Of a DNA stretch of 64,000 nt, positions 1 to 14,169 are shown piece by piece. The translations under genes were made by a program, and so were the position numbers. The DNA comes from Camelus dromedarius (Eukaryota). The stretch lies in contig NC_087437.1 of the NCBI RefSeq assembly GCF_036321535.1, positions 79,238,001-79,302,000 of the forward strand, written 5' to 3'. Within the stretch, counting starts at the first letter, position 1. Each line of letters opens with the position of its first letter. The notes under the pieces are model-generated. The model did not search any database, was not told the origin of the DNA, and was given only the letters and a program-made list of their open reading frames with translations.

Positions 1-182
1 GTGTCAAATTCTAGTATAGAGCACAATTTTTCAGTTATACATGAACATACATATATTCCTTGTCATATTTTTTTTCACTGTGAGCTACCACAAGATCTTG
101 TATATATTTCCCTGTGCTATACAGTATAATCTTGTTTATCTGTTCTGCATTTTAAAATCCCAGTCTGTCCCTTCCCACCCCC
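1..182 (-). mobile_element. Young L1 3'UTR fragment (cut by window edge; same subfamily as 19518-20341)
   Basis: Roughly 90% identical by eye to 19595-19770, which is contiguous with L1 ORF2 C-terminal coding sequence. Confidence 0.9.
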
Positions 183-1199
183 TGCAAGCACTTTCTTTTC
201 CAGGTTGGTCTTGTCCTCACATTAAGTCCTCCATCTCCAAATTTACAGATGAGTTGCCAAGGAAATGAGAAATTATGATAACATAGACATTGCTATTTAT
301 CTTAGGTAAAGAAAACATATTCTGTTCATACTGTGACCCGATATCTCATGCTCTGGAGGGAATAACATCTTCCTCTTCTCTTTGGAGAACAGCTGCAAAA
401 GTCTTTCCAAATCTTTTTATTTTTCCCCTTGGTAGGTTCTACATAATTTAAATATATTTGGGGATTTTGACAGAGTGGATCTCCAGAATATCTAAGTATT
501 AAAAAGTTTAGATTGTTTGGGTCTGCCTGTGTGAGATAGTAATTCGCTCTCTGGGCACACAGGTTATTTTGGAATTTCTTATGTTTTCATGGGCGTGTCA
601 GATTTTCTTTCTGAAATTCAGGTTTGTTAGCAAAAAAGTATGACTTTGAAAAAGCATCTTTAGATCTTTTTTTAAAATTTATTGTTAGAAAATGCAATGG
701 CTCTCTTTATCCTCGAGGGTGCAAAATTTGCCAAGAGAATTTTTCTTTTAGTAGCATTTCATTTATTTCTCACATTTTGTTTACTTAACTTAGCTACCAG
801 CCTGGGGTGTTTTGCTGAGACACTGGTAGATATCTATATCTGTTTGCAGGATATTTTTTATTTTTAAGTGACTTCCAAAACATAGTGTTTTTCTTAATAA
901 ATTCTGACTTAATAAATTAACTGCCAACCTATTTGAACATAGAATTCTCGTTTCTTTCCTAGGGATTGTTTCTCTTAACCATTCTCTTAACACTAAGTAC
1001 AACAAACTTTCTGTATAATACAAAACAAACAAAAAGCTGTCCCATTGTTTATTCAGTAAACATGCACCAGATGAATCCAAAACTTTTTGTACTACCTTAG
1101 GCACTGAGGATAGAGAAAGAACAGCTTCTTCACTGAGAAGCAGTTTGATCCATTACTTTTCCCCCTCTCATTTCCTCTCATATATTTTTATGACAATGC

Positions 1200-1720
1200 A
1201 AAATAATACATCCATTATGAAGCAGAATTTGGCAATATCTTACAAAACTACATTTTCATTAATACTTTGACACAGAAATCCCACCTGTAATAGGAGTCTC
1301 TTCAGAAGTTATACTCACAAAAAGTAAAGTGACACAGGCACAAATTTATTCATGTAGGTATTATTTCTAATAACAAAAGATTCAAAATGGCGTAAGTATC
1401 CATTAATAGGAGATGGATTGCATAATCTATACCACATTCTCACGATGGAGCAGTGTACATCAGTGAAATAGAATGAGTGTATATAGGCTTATTTCAAAGA
1501 CATAATTCAGTGAAAGAATCAAGCTATAGAACTTTGTAGACTGCATGCAATATTTAGTGCAAATGGTGGGGATATATGTGCATGTATGTGTATACCTACT
1601 ATTTGCAAACAAAAATGATAGATTAAAAATAGTAAAAACAGTTTCCTTTAAAATCAGGGAGGAAACAGAACAAGAATAAGAAGAGTAATGGAAGTAAGAT
1701 TTCTGTGAATGTACTTGGTC
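1200..1720 (+). mobile_element. Old L1 (L1M-type) ORF2 end/3'UTR fragment
   Basis: Degenerate L1 motifs: aatttggcaatatct, tttgacacagaaatcccac, aagtatccattaataggagatggatt. Confidence 0.7.
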
Positions 1721-1739
1721 TATAATTTTTTCCTATTAC

Positions 1740-2345
1740 TTTAAAAATTTCTTACTGACAAATAATGTACATAGAGGCAAGTGAATCAAGCTTGCATATA
1801 AGGCTTGAATTATCATATAATGAACATACACATGTACCCAACTTCCAGTCTAGGAAAAGTGCAGTAGTAGAACAGTACAAAATCCCCCTGATGTCCACGT
1901 GATAACCTTCCACTGACTCTGTCTTTCTATCATCAGTGACTCCAAGATGACCTCTATCTTGTCTCTCTCTTTCCGTGTCTCTGTCTCTGCCCGTGTCTCT
2001 CCCTCTTTTTTGGAGGTGAGCTATCGTTGATCTTTAAGTGAAACCAAAGCATATATCCTTTTAGATCTGGATTTATTTCTGTCAACTCAGTGGTTCTAAG
2101 ATTCATCCATGTTGTGTGCAACAGAACTTTAATCATTTTAATATTATGTTTTAAATTACTGTAGCTTACTCTATTGCATGATTATACTAAAATTTATCCA
2201 TCCATTCTATTGTTGAAATTCTCTTTGGGTATTGCCAGATTTGGGCTATTATGAGCACTGCTGCGATCAACATTCTTCTACCTGTACTTTGGTCCACGTA
2301 TACACACAATTCTTTGAGCTTTTGCATACTGACTGGGTAATAGGT
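1740..2345 (-). mobile_element. Old L1 (L1ME-like) 3' fragment
   Basis: Antisense L1 3' motifs: ctaagattcatccatgttgtg, tttatccatccattctattgttg, ccagatttgggctattatgagcactgctgc. Confidence 0.75.
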
Positions 2346-3499
2346 GATACTATATAATTATTTTTAAGTTTTTAAGATATAATAAGAACATTTAGTTATG
2401 TAACACAATGGATTTTTTTGAGATACATAATGTAATATTTATGGATGAAATGTTAAAGTGTTCTGAATTCATTTTAAAACATTCCAACAACAGAAAGATG
2501 CTGGAAGAATAGATGAAACAAGCAAGGAAAAATGTTGACAGTTGTTGAAGCAGAATGGTAAGAACATGACTGTTCATTGTTCTTTGTTCTTTTTTGGTAA
2601 AAGTCGAATGAAAATAAATATGCATGTATTAATGAAATGTTCTCAACGGGGGAATAAGAAGCATGTTTTAAATCATTGTTTTCCCAGTGCACAGTTCTGT
2701 GTTTGTCAAAAACTACTCATTCCTCAAATATTGGAAGAAAAAAATGAATAAAGCCTACATAACCAAAGCCATTGTTCTGCTTAATATCAATACCTCCTTC
2801 AGGGAGAATTATACTGTAAAAAGATCTACAAATCAGTGGCATATGGTACATCTGTAAGGACACGGAGACAGTTCTATCAAAGGGACTGTCTTATGAAAAT
2901 GGGTGTTTCCCTTAAATGTCAGTGCATGTTATGTGGGTTGAAATGAAATAAAATGTGATTTTATTCCACCAGAGATCCATTAAGCAAATTACATGGAGGC
3001 AGTTCATTATGCATTTCTTAAGAGAAATGAGAGAAATAAGGGATCAAGCAGCTTGCCCAGTAAAGAAGCCATGTCTTGCTTGTCTTTGATACCCTCAGAG
3101 CTTTGAGTAGCTCTGTCTTAGGTATAACCACCTACAAAATATAAAAACTTAATGATAACAAGATAGATATTAGGTTAAATAAAACACAGTTTCTGTGGGA
3201 TTAGTTCAGGCATTTTTAAAAAACTGAACATTGTTTCTAATAAGGGCCAAGATTGAAAATAACCAATCTAGAACTTGAAAATCATTCAGTAAATGCTTAG
3301 TGAATGAATATATAGTGACTGCTATTGTTTTTATAAAGAAAAGAGACATTACATGAAAATGTAAGTGAATTACATATATAAAAGTAGGAAATTATAATAA
3401 GCTTAGAGTATAAGTAAAAGGTAATGGTTCAAATCATTTTATGGATAATAGTCATTCAACACTCAAAGTTAAATAGGTAAGAGGCATGAAAATTTATTC

Positions 3500-4125
3500 A
3501 TCTTTATTTATTTATATTTTTTCTTTTCCATTATGGTTTATTATAATATGTTGAATATAGTTCTCTGCGCTATACAGTTTGTGTTATACAAACTTTATTG
3601 TGTATCTATTTTATATATAGTAGTTTGTTTCTGCTAATCCCAAGCTCCTAATTTATCCCTCCCACCCATTTTCCCCTTTGGTAAACTATAGGTTTGCTTT
3701 CTGTGTCTGTTAGTCTCGGTTCTATAAATAAGTTCATTTGTATCATTTTTTAAACTCTACATATAAGTGATATCATATGATATTTGTCTTTCTCTGTCTG
3801 ATTTACTTCACCTAATATGATAACCTCCACATCTGTCCATGGTGCTACAAATGGCATTATTTCATTCTATTTCATGGCTGAGTAATATTCTATTGTATAA
3901 ATATACCACAACTTCTTTGTCCAGTCATTTGTTGATGGACATTTAGGTTGCTTCCATGTCTTGGCTATTGTAAATAATGCTACTATGAACATTGGAGTGC
4001 ATGTATCTTTTTTGAATTAGAGGTTTCTCCAGATATATGCCCAGAAGTTGAGATTGCTGGATCACATGCTAACTATTTTTAGTTTTATTAAGGAATCTCC
4101 ATACTGTTTCCCATAGTGGCTGCAC
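3500..4125 (-). mobile_element. 5'-truncated L1 (ORF2 C-terminus + 3'UTR) with probable TSD
   Basis: T-rich tail at ~3500-3530; clear antisense L1 ORF2 end (gatggacatttaggttgcttccatgtcttggctattgtaaat); flanks tgaaaatttatt (3487-3498) and tgaaaactttatt (4126-4138) look like a target-site duplication. Confidence 0.92.
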
Positions 4126-4699
4126 TGAAAACTTTATTTTTAAAATCATTATTTTAAGGCCAATATCTAAAATATAAAAATACTATGCCAAATACTGATG
4201 ATAAGTCAAATGAGACTGAAGCTCCAAAAACAGTCCTAGAATTAGCCAATGAGATCATTTTATGGTTTAGCAAAATGTTTTTTATATTGGTGAGAGATAG
4301 ACAACAGACTATAGTGTGATGAGAAATGAATGGAAGATCAAGAGGTAATATAACATGCTGTAAATGAGACAGAGCAAACTGGTGGGTAGACTGAGGTCAA
4401 ATTCGAATAATGGATAAGTTTTGTCTGGCCTACATGGTATCTTGTTTTTATTGTTGTTTTATTGCCTTTGGTTATGGAGGTATTCCTCAAGTTCTCAAAA
4501 TTCCTTCTGCTCTGTATTTTTAACTGCTTGGTCTCACTGACTGATTTATTTTTATCTGTCCAGACCCTAGAGGATTTGTTTGTGACTGAGAATTGAGACC
4601 ACTTGAATGAACATTAATCAAGCCACTGTGTCTGATACCTAAGGCCACCTATGTCATTGTAAGTTCTCTCTGGAAAATTTTTGCTCTGAAAGATAAGTC

Positions 4700-5110
4700 A
4701 ATAAACCAGTAAATAATCTCACTATTTGCTTTAGACAATTTTTGCCAATCAATTATCTAGACAAAGATGCTCATATGGACAAAAGAAGGGTTAGAAAATC
4801 TGAATAGACTAATAATAATTCCGGAGGGAAAAATTTTATACATATGTGTGTGATGAATCTATCTATATTTTTGTTTCAAGAATGGGTCTAGAAAAATAAT
4901 AGTTTCAATTCATTTTATAAAGCTAATATAACCTGTATAACTGTCTGACAAAATGATTACAATAAAATAAATAATAGACTTATTTATAGAAACAGATACA
5001 TAATATTTGGACTTTATTTAACTAATTATATTAATAGATTATTTAATGTAAACTTCCCTTAAATTCATGATCATAATTTATTATTAAATTTGATACAAAC
5101 TTTTTTTACA
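4700..5110 (+). mobile_element. Highly degraded L1 ORF2 fragment
   Basis: agaaaatctgaatagactaataa, tcattttataaagctaatataacctgtataac resemble L1 ORF2. Confidence 0.45.
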
Positions 5111-8100
5111 TATTTTATAGACAAAGATTCATGGGGCTAATTTCCTTTCATTTCTGTGCTACTTAGAGTTCTTCTCATATGATGCTGTTGGGACCTGTGT
5201 ACTCAATTATTGGTGACTGGGGAGAGTAACCAGAAATTAATTAGAAGCAGATGGGGCTAAGCTTGGTAAAGTGAACTAGGGTAATTGTGGAAGCTGTGAG
5301 GCTTCAAGCCAGATACCACTGCAAAATGGAAATATTAATTTTCTACCCAGTCTAATTATCTAATGATACTAATGCCCAAACTTTTATACCAGTTTTTAAA
5401 CTCTTCTACAACCTTTATCTCATCAAAACAAACACAAGTAAATTTAGTGTTACTATCAGTATCCAGTGTGATAATGAAGCTATGTATCTACCATAAAATA
5501 AAATCAATATATAAAGTATTAGTATGAAATCATTTTCTGACTTGAATAATTTGACAGACTTTGGTTCAAAATGTGGAAATCTAATTGTCAACTTAATATA
5601 GGCTACAAACAGAAAATATCAACAGAATTTTTTGAAGATTTGTAATTGGTAGCAATTTTATTTTTTCTAGAATTACAGAAACAAATTTCCATGAAGCAAA
5701 TTCTAGCTAGCATGTATTTTGTTAGTATTCAGGAATGAGGAGAAGAATATGGGAAATAGATAAAGGAAAATTTTAAGGGAACAGGGGTGACCAGGGTTGG
5801 CTAGCACTATGTCATACCCAAGGCAAGTTTTACTCAAATATGAGTCTTGCAAGACTAAATTCAGTTTTCTCCTGTGATTAGGTTAGAGGCAGTAATGCAT
5901 TACGGCATGTATACTTATGAGATAATGTATGTCAAAAGTACTTTAAAAAACCATTATGTGCTGTACAACCATTAGGTGATATTATGTAAGTAGTGAATGT
6001 TTTATTAATAACTGTCAAATAATTGCATCTTGAACCAATACAATTATGACACTTTAAATATGAAAATGCCTACATTGTCAGCAAACATGTTGATGTTTAA
6101 AATTATGATATATATCTATTTCAAGATTTTAGAAAAATTTCCATAGAAGAGGATACAGTTATCCACTAGGGTTAAACCAGAAAAAATATTCAGTGTCCAA
6201 GGAGACAGAATACCACCTAGATGATACTTACTACTATATAAGAAGAAAGAAAAATACACGCAAAAAATGGGGAAAAAACTTCCCTGCATGTCCCAAAATG
6301 AATAATGGTGAATTTTTCTAATTTAAAGAGGTGTATTCTCTGAAAAAAAAGAAGTCCTATATCTTGCTGCTTCTGATTCTTAACGTGTTTCAGCTTTTAT
6401 TAGGAGAATATAAGACTGATGAATGTTTTTATAGTTTGCTATTGATTTTGGTCATTTCAGTACCCATTAGAAGTAGGATGCATCTTGACTGTTATTTTCA
6501 CTAAGCCATCCTGGGTCGTGTAAATGAAATAAGCAATCTGCCCTGAATTTGCTCTCTAGAGATAAAGGCATGGATAATGACAATAAAGAGCATTCCTTTC
6601 TGTTTTGGTCACATTTAAATCTACCTGAAATTCTTAGTATATCGCATAAGTTTGCTGCATGAACTAAGCAAACTGAAAATACTGGAACTGTTATTCCATG
6701 TAGAATATTATTTTTATTAATATTATAGACACATACCCATGGATACTGTGATAAAATTACAGCTATCAGTCTTTAACATTACCTAGAGGAACCTTAAAGG
6801 CTAATTTCAAAAGCTTCCTCTAAACTATTTTTTAAGTAGAGAGAGATTCAGAGATCAGCAAAATAATAGGAAAAGACTAAAGTCTGAAATTCTCATCAGC
6901 AAGATCTTATAATCTAATTATTAGATGTATATTTTTAAATTCATGAAAATGGATATTGGAGGTAAGCAGTGATAAAAGTTTGCTTCACAAAAATAAAAAC
7001 AGATAGGTTTGTTGAAAAATATATTCAGAAGATCCATTCTTCTCTAATGTTTTAGACAGCCAGATTCTGTAAATCTCCTTACTTAAATAGATCTGCAGAC
7101 TAGCCTCCTACTCTTCCAAATAGGACTGAAACAGAGTAACTTTTCCTCTAGACTCAAGAGCTAAATATAGCTCTATCAAGTTCCAAATGATTAATTAATA
7201 TGAGTTTAAATACTCTGTGAATTTCCCACTGACAGAAAACCCTTCATCAACATGTCCATTTTATCTGTCTCTTTTCATCTCCTTGTACAAGCTCAAGTAT
7301 CTCATCTTCTTACCTCATACAGAAGTCTGCTTTCCTAGAATAGTAACACAGATTTAAAATACTTGGCTGCATCATTCTAACCTCCTTATCCCACCTCCCA
7401 TATAGATTGCCTAGAAAGATCAGAGGAGAATTCATCAGTGATTTCTGCTTCCCAGTTCATTCGTCTGTAGTGCACAGCCCTCCAATGCAGTTACATAATA
7501 CTTTGAACCTCAGTCATAATATCCCTATGAGCTACTTAAATTAGAAATTGACTTACAGTACTTACAGATAATGGCTTTTATTCTCCAGGTTCTTATTTCC
7601 CAGTCACAATGGTTACTATGATCTCTCCATGATTACAGGCTCCTTGAAAGCTGGAACAATGTCTATTCTATATCAGCTGGTACTGTAAACTAGTATAATA
7701 ACATGCAAATTAGAAGGACTTACTATGCGATATAAAAACATAATGTTCATTTAATTTATATTTCAGGATGTCTTAAATAATTTTATTCTGATACAACAAT
7801 TTCTATTATTTTTGAATGATCAATTTGTGTAAGATTTACCATAGGTTTAAATATAATTTAAATCTTGATTTCTGCAGGAAATGAAATAGGTTTCTTTGAT
7901 ATGAATCATTAGAAATACACAACTTGTATATGACAACTTGTATATGATATTCACTAAGTTTCACATAGTTTCAGAAGGAAATGGTCAAATGGAGGCATAA
8001 AGGCTAGTGGGCAAAATGAAAAGGGAAATCTACAAGGCAATAATACCAGAGAGTGGTAAGTAATGCATTTAAAGGCGATGGTTGGAGGCAGGAAATCAAG

Positions 8101-8469
8101 TCCTGAGGGTATCACTGAGATGAGGACAGACACAGACAGCTGATATTGGGGAAGGCTTAAGGATGTCACATGAGCTAAATTATTCCATGGTTGTGTTACA
8201 TGAAGTAGAGTTAAGTTGTCTGAGTGCTTCTTCCTTTCATACTTACAGCTAAACTGGCTCTGAAGTTTCTTAGAGGTATGATGTTCTACCATCATTTTTT
8301 CTTACTGGAGAGTATCTCCTGTCTCACATATTAACATGCATCCGCCAGTCTATTAAAGATTGTGTTGATCAGCATTGGAGGCATGCTTGAGACTCCTTGG
8401 AGTGGTAGGGAGGGTGGTGTTCACCTAATGGACTCCTCTGAGCTGCAGAAAGGCAGATGGAATGCTCAA

Positions 8470-8650
8470 GAACCATCAGATCTGAGTTTAAATTCTGCCC
8501 TTACACTTACCAGTTTTTGCAAATGGTATTTTTTTCTAATCTAAATGTATTTCCGCCTCTGGGAAATGTTGATAATGAAGGCTCTTGCCTCAAAGAGTTG
8601 TTGGGGAGAATTAAATGAGATAACTAATGAAGGTACTTATCACCAAGTCA
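8470..8650 (+). mobile_element. MIR SINE
   Basis: cagatctgagtttaaattctgccc...gttgttggggagaattaaatgagataa matches MIR layout. Confidence 0.7.
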
Positions 8651-11600
8651 CCCATTAGCTATGCAACATGAAAATGCATGTGAATATACTGCTTTCATAT
8701 TAACATATTGCATTCATAGCAAGGGGATGTAGAGGTAGGGTGTGGGCTTCTGAGGTATGCGTTTGCACACACGTAGGATTTCTTCTTGTAGTTTCATGTC
8801 TCTATTCTCTGCAGTGAAATAAAATGAAAATGCCTTTTCTGTCAGGGCAGAGATTTGCACTGTGGTGCTGCAAACTATTCAAAATTAGAGTCTTATGAGT
8901 ATTAGAGAAAATGAGTATTAGAATTTTCTGAGATATGAGTTTTCAGAGAGGCATCATTAAAATATTAGAAGAAACAAAACAAGAATGATTTTTTTTCTAA
9001 ACTGAAATTGGAACTTTTTATTTTTGAGAGGGTAGACAAGTATAAAAAAATCAACCTTTGACAGACTCAAAATCTCAAAAAGTCAGGATTAAATCTATTT
9101 GAGGTAACAGAAGAGATGAACTCTGAAAATGGAAAAAAAAACACTAAACTGATAAACTTCCATTGAAGAATGAAATAATAATGGATAACAAATGATCTTT
9201 GCTGTACTTTAAAATCATATATGCAGCATGAATTATATACTGTAATTTCAGTTTTCTGATTAGATGATGTTATTGTCTACTGTGGTATGACTGGACTGAG
9301 CCCAGCTCTTCCAGACTGAAGGAAGGACTAATTAAGAAAATAAATACACTAAGCAAGTTAAGAGAATCGTAATATGTTAAGAGAAAAAAGTATACTAGCT
9401 CCTTAAAGCTATTTACAAATTGTTTTACGCCACTTGCAAATGATTTTTATCTAGTAATTAATACAGATTTCCAAAAATACATTTCACAGTTTTCCTATTA
9501 TGAAACTATTTTATTAATTCACATTAACTTCTTTGTTAAACCAAATTTGAACAGTTTGCTAGTTTTATTTATAGGGTATTTTGTGAACTCAGTTTCTTAG
9601 CTTCATATTTAAACCCAAAACTCTAAACTTCCAAATTCCAAAACAGAATATATGAACTGAAAGTTTACCCTGAACATACATTTACTGGGAAATAATTTTG
9701 CTATGGTGCCATTTGTAATTGAAAAATAAAGCATAACTGTAAACAAAAAAAAATCCATTAAAAAATACGTTTATTTAAGAACTGATCTTTAAATTTTAAG
9801 TAAATTATCTCAAAAGAGAAAATGATGATGATGTTCCTAACTGAGAAAGAGTTTAAGAATTAACATTTCGAGTATCATTAGGAAAATTTTACTTGTGCTT
9901 TAGAGTGGGAACAGATTTTTAATGCATTATTTATGCAGCCGGGTGTAACCACCCCTTCTGGGCTTGCTCAGTCTTTTTCATCAATGCTCACAGAACTCAT
10001 TTTTCAAAATACGTATTATTGTTCCCAATAAATCAAGCAAGCTCTATGGGAGCATATTATATCCTTTCATGTAGAAACAGTACAGGGAGACAATATTTAA
10101 AACTTACTGGGTATAACTGATAAACTCTCATCACTGCTGTAGATTTATAATTAATTGAGTTATGGTTAAATTTTGAACCATGTTTTCTGTTATCCAAATA
10201 TCATTGATTGTTTCAAACTCACACCTTTCATTACTGGGGTCTCCTCCAATACAGATTTTCTTTCGCTTGCTGTGACAAGGTCTGGTTAGAGTCAAGAAAA
10301 ACTAAACAAAAAAAATTAAAATGTGATATGTATTCTTGAGATATAGAAGATAATGAAAATCTTGTACAGGAAAATAACACACTTTAAAATTTTTGATTTA
10401 TTTTTATTTTTTTCCTCCAAAATTTGACTATTCTAATACAAGTCCCTTGATTGGATTTAGCTAGTATAAAGTCCAGAATAACTCCACAGGAAGTCTGATG
10501 ATTCACCCTACAATGACAGAACTAATCAATAGATCCCAAGTTGACTCCCTATTTTAGTAATGAACCCAACCCCTCTCCATTGTGAGGTAGTCATGGGACC
10601 ATGCTGTGTGGCTCTATTTCTGATCAGCTCAATTTTAGGCTTTAGTTTTACACTTGCTACTAGAAAAAAAGTGATTGTTACTATAAGGAAGACAAAAGGC
10701 TTGGAAGGAATTGTTGTTAGGTGAAAATAGTCACCCCAGGATGTAAACATTAGCTTTGGCTATCTTGGAGCTTTGATATCTACCATTATTGATATCTATA
10801 CTTATTGTTTAGGAGATAAGAATAAAAAATGTTTAACCTTTCCTTTTTGGATGTGAATAAAGCATTAGAGATATGGCTATATCTCTTTCTTAATGGGAAC
10901 TACAAAGCTTCAATTCCATCAGTATGAACTCCAGGGTAACTATTTTCTCTATTAAGATTTCTCATGAGGCCACTTCATCTGTACTTAGCTGTTTTATTTT
11001 GCCTTAGGAAGATGGTTATTAGGATAAGCTCTTCATTTTTCATATGAAGAACATGACATTGTGAAGTACTGGAAATGTGACTCAGTTTCTTGGCATAATT
11101 CCTTACTTCCAAAGCACAGCCAAATTTCATTGTGTTTACATGAGGAAAAATAAGATTTCCATAGAAATAATATAAAAAATTGTTCTGTCCTAAAATTATT
11201 ATTTCTCTGTTGCATTCATATAATTATTTGCATAAAGTACATAATTTTTTTTCAGTGGTTCAACTGTCTAGTAGGCATTAACCTTATCCAGTCAGTAGCC
11301 TTATCTAGCAACCTTCTCTTTTGTGTCTAGTCAGAATTACGGAGGACAAATGAAAAGTTTTATTTCAGGACATGTAGTACAATTGAGGAAAGTTTGCCAT
11401 TCCAAACTATAAATAATTCCTTTTATTTTATTTAATTATAATCTCTCTGAAATTGTGGTCACAACTCAGGATTTTAACCAGTTCATCTTGAGGGTCTTGA
11501 TAGTTAAAAAGTGTTATATGTGAATTGATACAAAAGGACAGTGATGGAAATGGTAAGAGTGGATCTAAGTGATATTATAAATGAAAATATAGGGGAGAAA

Positions 11601-12204
11601 ATATGGAAAGATAAAGCTCTTTTGCAAAGAACTTAAATTGATTACTTTGAAATTCTTAAAAATTAGATGAGCAAATGTGAGGTGTAAGATCTGGGATATA
11701 TTGAAAGAATACCTGCTATGTTCTCTGAAGTTCACTGCTTTCATTATGTTTCTCAAGGAGTGATATTGGACTCATGGAGGTAATCAAGAGAGCCTAATGT
11801 CACTGAAGAAGAAGGGAATATTAAAATCCTTCACTTTATAAGACTTAAGTAGTGCAAATGGTTTTCTAGTTGAAATTAATGTTGGTAAGTATGTTCTAGT
11901 CATAATGTCACCTAAAGAATCTGTGATAGAGTCAGAAATAAGAGACAAGTCACTGGTTCCATTATTACGTTCTTGCTTTCTGATTGTGATAGCTTCACAA
12001 TTCTTTAATTGTTAAAGTTTCAAAGAATTAAAAAGTGAGGATAACACATGACGGTGGTCTCTGAACAAGTTATATTCAGATATTTCCATTCAAGGAAATT
12101 CCTGTTTTTGTCAAAAAAAGATATTTCCTCAAATGTCCAACATCATTTTTTATAATTCTGTCAATTTCATGAGTTAGTGAGAGGCTTTATAAAGAAATTG
12201 CAAA

Positions 12205-12430
12205 AAGAACAGATTCTGGAGCCTGACTGCTTGGGTTCAATCTCAGTGCTGAACTTACTAGCTGTGTGACCTCACACAAGTTGCTTAACCTCTCTGTGCT
12301 TCAGTTTTCTCATTTGTAAATATTATCTGTATTGTACAAATACTTAAATAAGTTATATTCTATGATTATTAAACGAGTGGAACAAATAAAACACATATCA
12401 GTATATGGAATATTTTAAGCTTATAAACTG
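12205..12430 (+). mobile_element. MIR SINE
   Basis: Near-consensus core: ctgcttgggttcaatctcag...cttactagctgtgtgacct...gttgcttaacctctctgtgcttcagttttctcatttgtaaa. Confidence 0.9.
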
Positions 12431-14169
12431 TTAGTTTTAAGTTATATGTACTTCTCTTTCTTTTTTATGCTTCAATGGGCAGTTTGTTTAATAAGAAAAC
12501 ATTATTTCATTTTGTTCAATATAAACATGGAAATAATTATTTATTAAATATGGAAAGGAAGTATAAAATATCAATAATTATATCTGTGCTTTACAATCTG
12601 TAGGAAGGTTTCAAAATATTTATATTGAATTCATAGAACTTTAAAGTTGTAAAAAATTCAGTTCTACTTATTATTTCATCATCTTATTAGTAAGTGAGGA
12701 AATCAATAAGCGGGAAATAGGAAGTCAGTCAAAAACGTGGGACAAGAAAGATATAAAAGACATTTGCAACATTTAAGCTTTTTGAGTCAATATTTTCTAT
12801 CACTTAAATTCTTAATGAAAATTGTAGAGAATTGTTTTATAACTAAAAATAAGTTTATTTGTATATATTATATGAGCCTGGTATCTAAAATTGATTTAAC
12901 CAGTTGATGACTAGTAATAAACCAGTATTTTTTTGGTTGGTTTTCTAGGGACCTTAAACTCTTACATTCATTATCTGGTTGATGCTTACAACATCTTTCT
13001 GAAACTGATATGGATCAGTTATTACTCTTCCTATCAGAGATTTAGGAATGTTATTCAAACTGTGACAGTTACAAAATACTATATAAAATCATAGTGATGC
13101 TTATTACTAGAGTATACCTATGATTATATCATATTTTAATTTCTTTCTTGACAACAATAAAAGAATAATTAAAAGGACTGTACACATTTGCCAATAAATA
13201 TGCAGTCTATAGTCAAGGTCAGAGTATTCCTTTGCAATCACAGCTCAAGAGTTGTTCAATGATTGTTCTGTTAACATCACGGAAAGAAAAAGCATACAAT
13301 TCTTAGAACAAAACTGACAATTCTATCAGCAGCTCATCAGACTGAGAGAAGTCATCATTAAACTTTTGAATTACTAATGGGCGGGGAAGGCAAATCCAAT
13401 CTATTGCTTCAAGATTTATTTTAGGAAATTGGATATTTTTCAATAATTGATTCTCTGAATGCTTACATGGTAGTGGTAGAAGATTTGCAGCTTCCAAAAC
13501 TGTCATTAAAAATGATAAGGCAAAGAAGAGATTATGTCTGCATCTACATGCACAACTAACTTGAATGCTTTGACTGAATTAATCTTGTGCTATTTATTGT
13601 CACTTTTCTGATCAAAGTTTGCACAGATTGGAATCAAACGACTTTTTTTTCTCCTAAGTACCTTGCTTGCACTAATGTTAAATTGCCGTCAGGCTGTTTC
13701 TTGGCTGCGATTTATTTATTCCTAATCACCAAGCTTCATGAACTTTGCTAAAATGTAAATTAATTTTGTACTAAATTGTTATTTTAAAATAAAAATTGTA
13801 TTAACCTTTACAGTAAAGTATTTTCACACATTTATGCAATAAATGGTCAGCTAGTATGATAGGCCATGGATAAACAAGCTTGACATGATCTTTAGTATCA
13901 TGGAGCACTTGTTTGGTGATTGGGAAAGAATAAAAGCAGATAGCAATTAATTTTTACAAATTTCATTTCACATAACTACTGTGGTATAAACAATGTCAGA
14001 AAAGTATACCTTGCTGGGTTTGTGTAAGTTAGGTTATTAGGCAAGTACTCACTGAGGAACTGGCTAAGTCAAGAACTAAAGAGAAAGAACACACTACACA
14101 TGCAAATAAGGGAGGAGTGAACCATTTCTCTTATTTAGAACTTGAGTAAATTTAGGATGTAGAATAAAA

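Noticed and set aside
41..268. ORF similar to 19594-19815
   Set aside because: Both are antisense readings of the same L1 3'UTR
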